NCBI RefSeq assembly: GCF_006345805.1
Contig: NC_042997.1
Location: forward strand, 49,228,001 to 49,292,000
DNA length: 64,000 nt
Reading direction: 5' to 3'
Source of the DNA: Octopus sinensis
Taxonomy: Eukaryota
In this document: one piece after another, positions 63,186 through 64,000 of the stretch
Layout: each line of letters opens with the position of its first letter
Position numbering within the stretch: position 1 is the stretch's first letter
The notes under the pieces: model-generated
Seen by the model: the letters and a program-made list of their open reading frames with translations, nothing else
The model's database searches: none
What the model was told of the DNA's origin: nothing
Position numbers and translations under genes: made by a program

Positions 63186-63553
63186 GCCTTCACAAATATA
63201 TATGTATATACATACATGATGGGCTTCTTTCAGTTTCCAGCTATCAAATCCACTCACAAGGCTTTAGTAGGCCAGGGACCACAATAGAAGGTACCATACA
63301 ATGGAACTGAACCTAAGGCCACATGACTGGAAAGCAAGTTTCTTAACCACACAGCCACATTCTGTGTACATTTGTAAATGTATGCATGTGTGTGTGCAGG
63401 ATGCAGTTTTGTGTAATTGCATGTACACATGTAGATTACACAGTTTTGGAGCATGTTTCATGTTGGTGTATTTACATTTTACTCAGCATTCTTCAGTGTC
63501 TACCTGAATGGTTCATTCAATGAATTGGTAAGCTGTTTCAAGGAAGACTTAAA

Positions 63554-63950
63554 TCTTTATATATAAAAGTCAAGTTGTGTGTCTGTCTCCTACGATTTAG
63601 ATTCCTAACTACTCTCACATTTTGCGGTGCAGTGTAACCAAAACCGGGTATCTTATAGTCATGATTCATATCGAGCCCTTCTGGGTAATAGTGTGCGTCT
63701 ACGATGAGTCTACAATTTAAAAAAAAATTCACCATCATTTTTTTCCATTTTAATGCATTTTTTTCGCTATTAATAAGGGAAGTAACTCTCTAAAAATGTT
63801 TACGATGAGTCAACGATTTTTTTTTAAATTTACCATAATTTTTTTTTCATTTTTAATGCATTTTTTTGCTATTTTTTGGCTATAACTCTCTAAAAATGCT
63901 TTATAGTTATTTCCCTTACAAACCCGAGCAACGCCGGGCGATACTGCTAG
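63554..63950 (+). mobile_element. Non-autonomous Helitron H1 (close copy of 41841-42240)
   Basis: Same termini and interior. Confidence 0.8.
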
Positions 63951-64000
63951 TTGTATATAATGTAAGAGAGAGGGGAAAGGAGAGGGGGAAGATGAGATGG

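Larger units (their letters stand above)
9497..64000 (-). other. Putative very long upstream intron of the laminin gamma gene
   Basis: No sequence encoding the expected upstream LN motifs (NAAF, NTCG, WWQS) was found by eye on the minus strand; the region is repeats and AT-rich unique DNA. Short exons could have been missed. Confidence 0.55.

Overview
AT-rich, repeat-saturated eukaryotic genomic DNA; the SINE/LINE repertoire points to an octopus (inference). The only host coding sequence I can support is one 302-nt minus-strand exon (9195-9496) encoding part of the LN domain of a laminin gamma chain, with canonical splice sites. I found neither flanking exon, so most of the window is probably very long intron. 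That intron holds a young 5'-truncated RTE LINE (39328-41383) with an open ORF, a PHD-like C4HC3 finger inserted in its RT and a modular tandem 3'UTR; fragments of several other RTE lineages, a CR1-like and an R4/Dong-like LINE; modular tRNA-derived SINEs (labels A-F are my own); non-autonomous Helitrons; TTAA piggyBac-type MITEs; and many microsatellites. Most notable: at least four unrelated sequence families carry minimal type-I hammerhead-ribozyme folds of the Penelope-associated kind. One has an intact core and a long helix-II insert (47369-47460), one is a single core substitution from canonical (37805-37848), and one is fused behind a tRNA-like SINE head in a palindromic arrangement (6511-6865). 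Also seen: a SINE that repeatedly lands in its own head at GGTATT, a tripartite chimeric SINE with a 15-bp TSD, multi-level nested insertions and a minisatellite born inside an RTE ORF. All calls were made by eye; repeat boundaries are approximate unless TSD or TIR coordinates are given.
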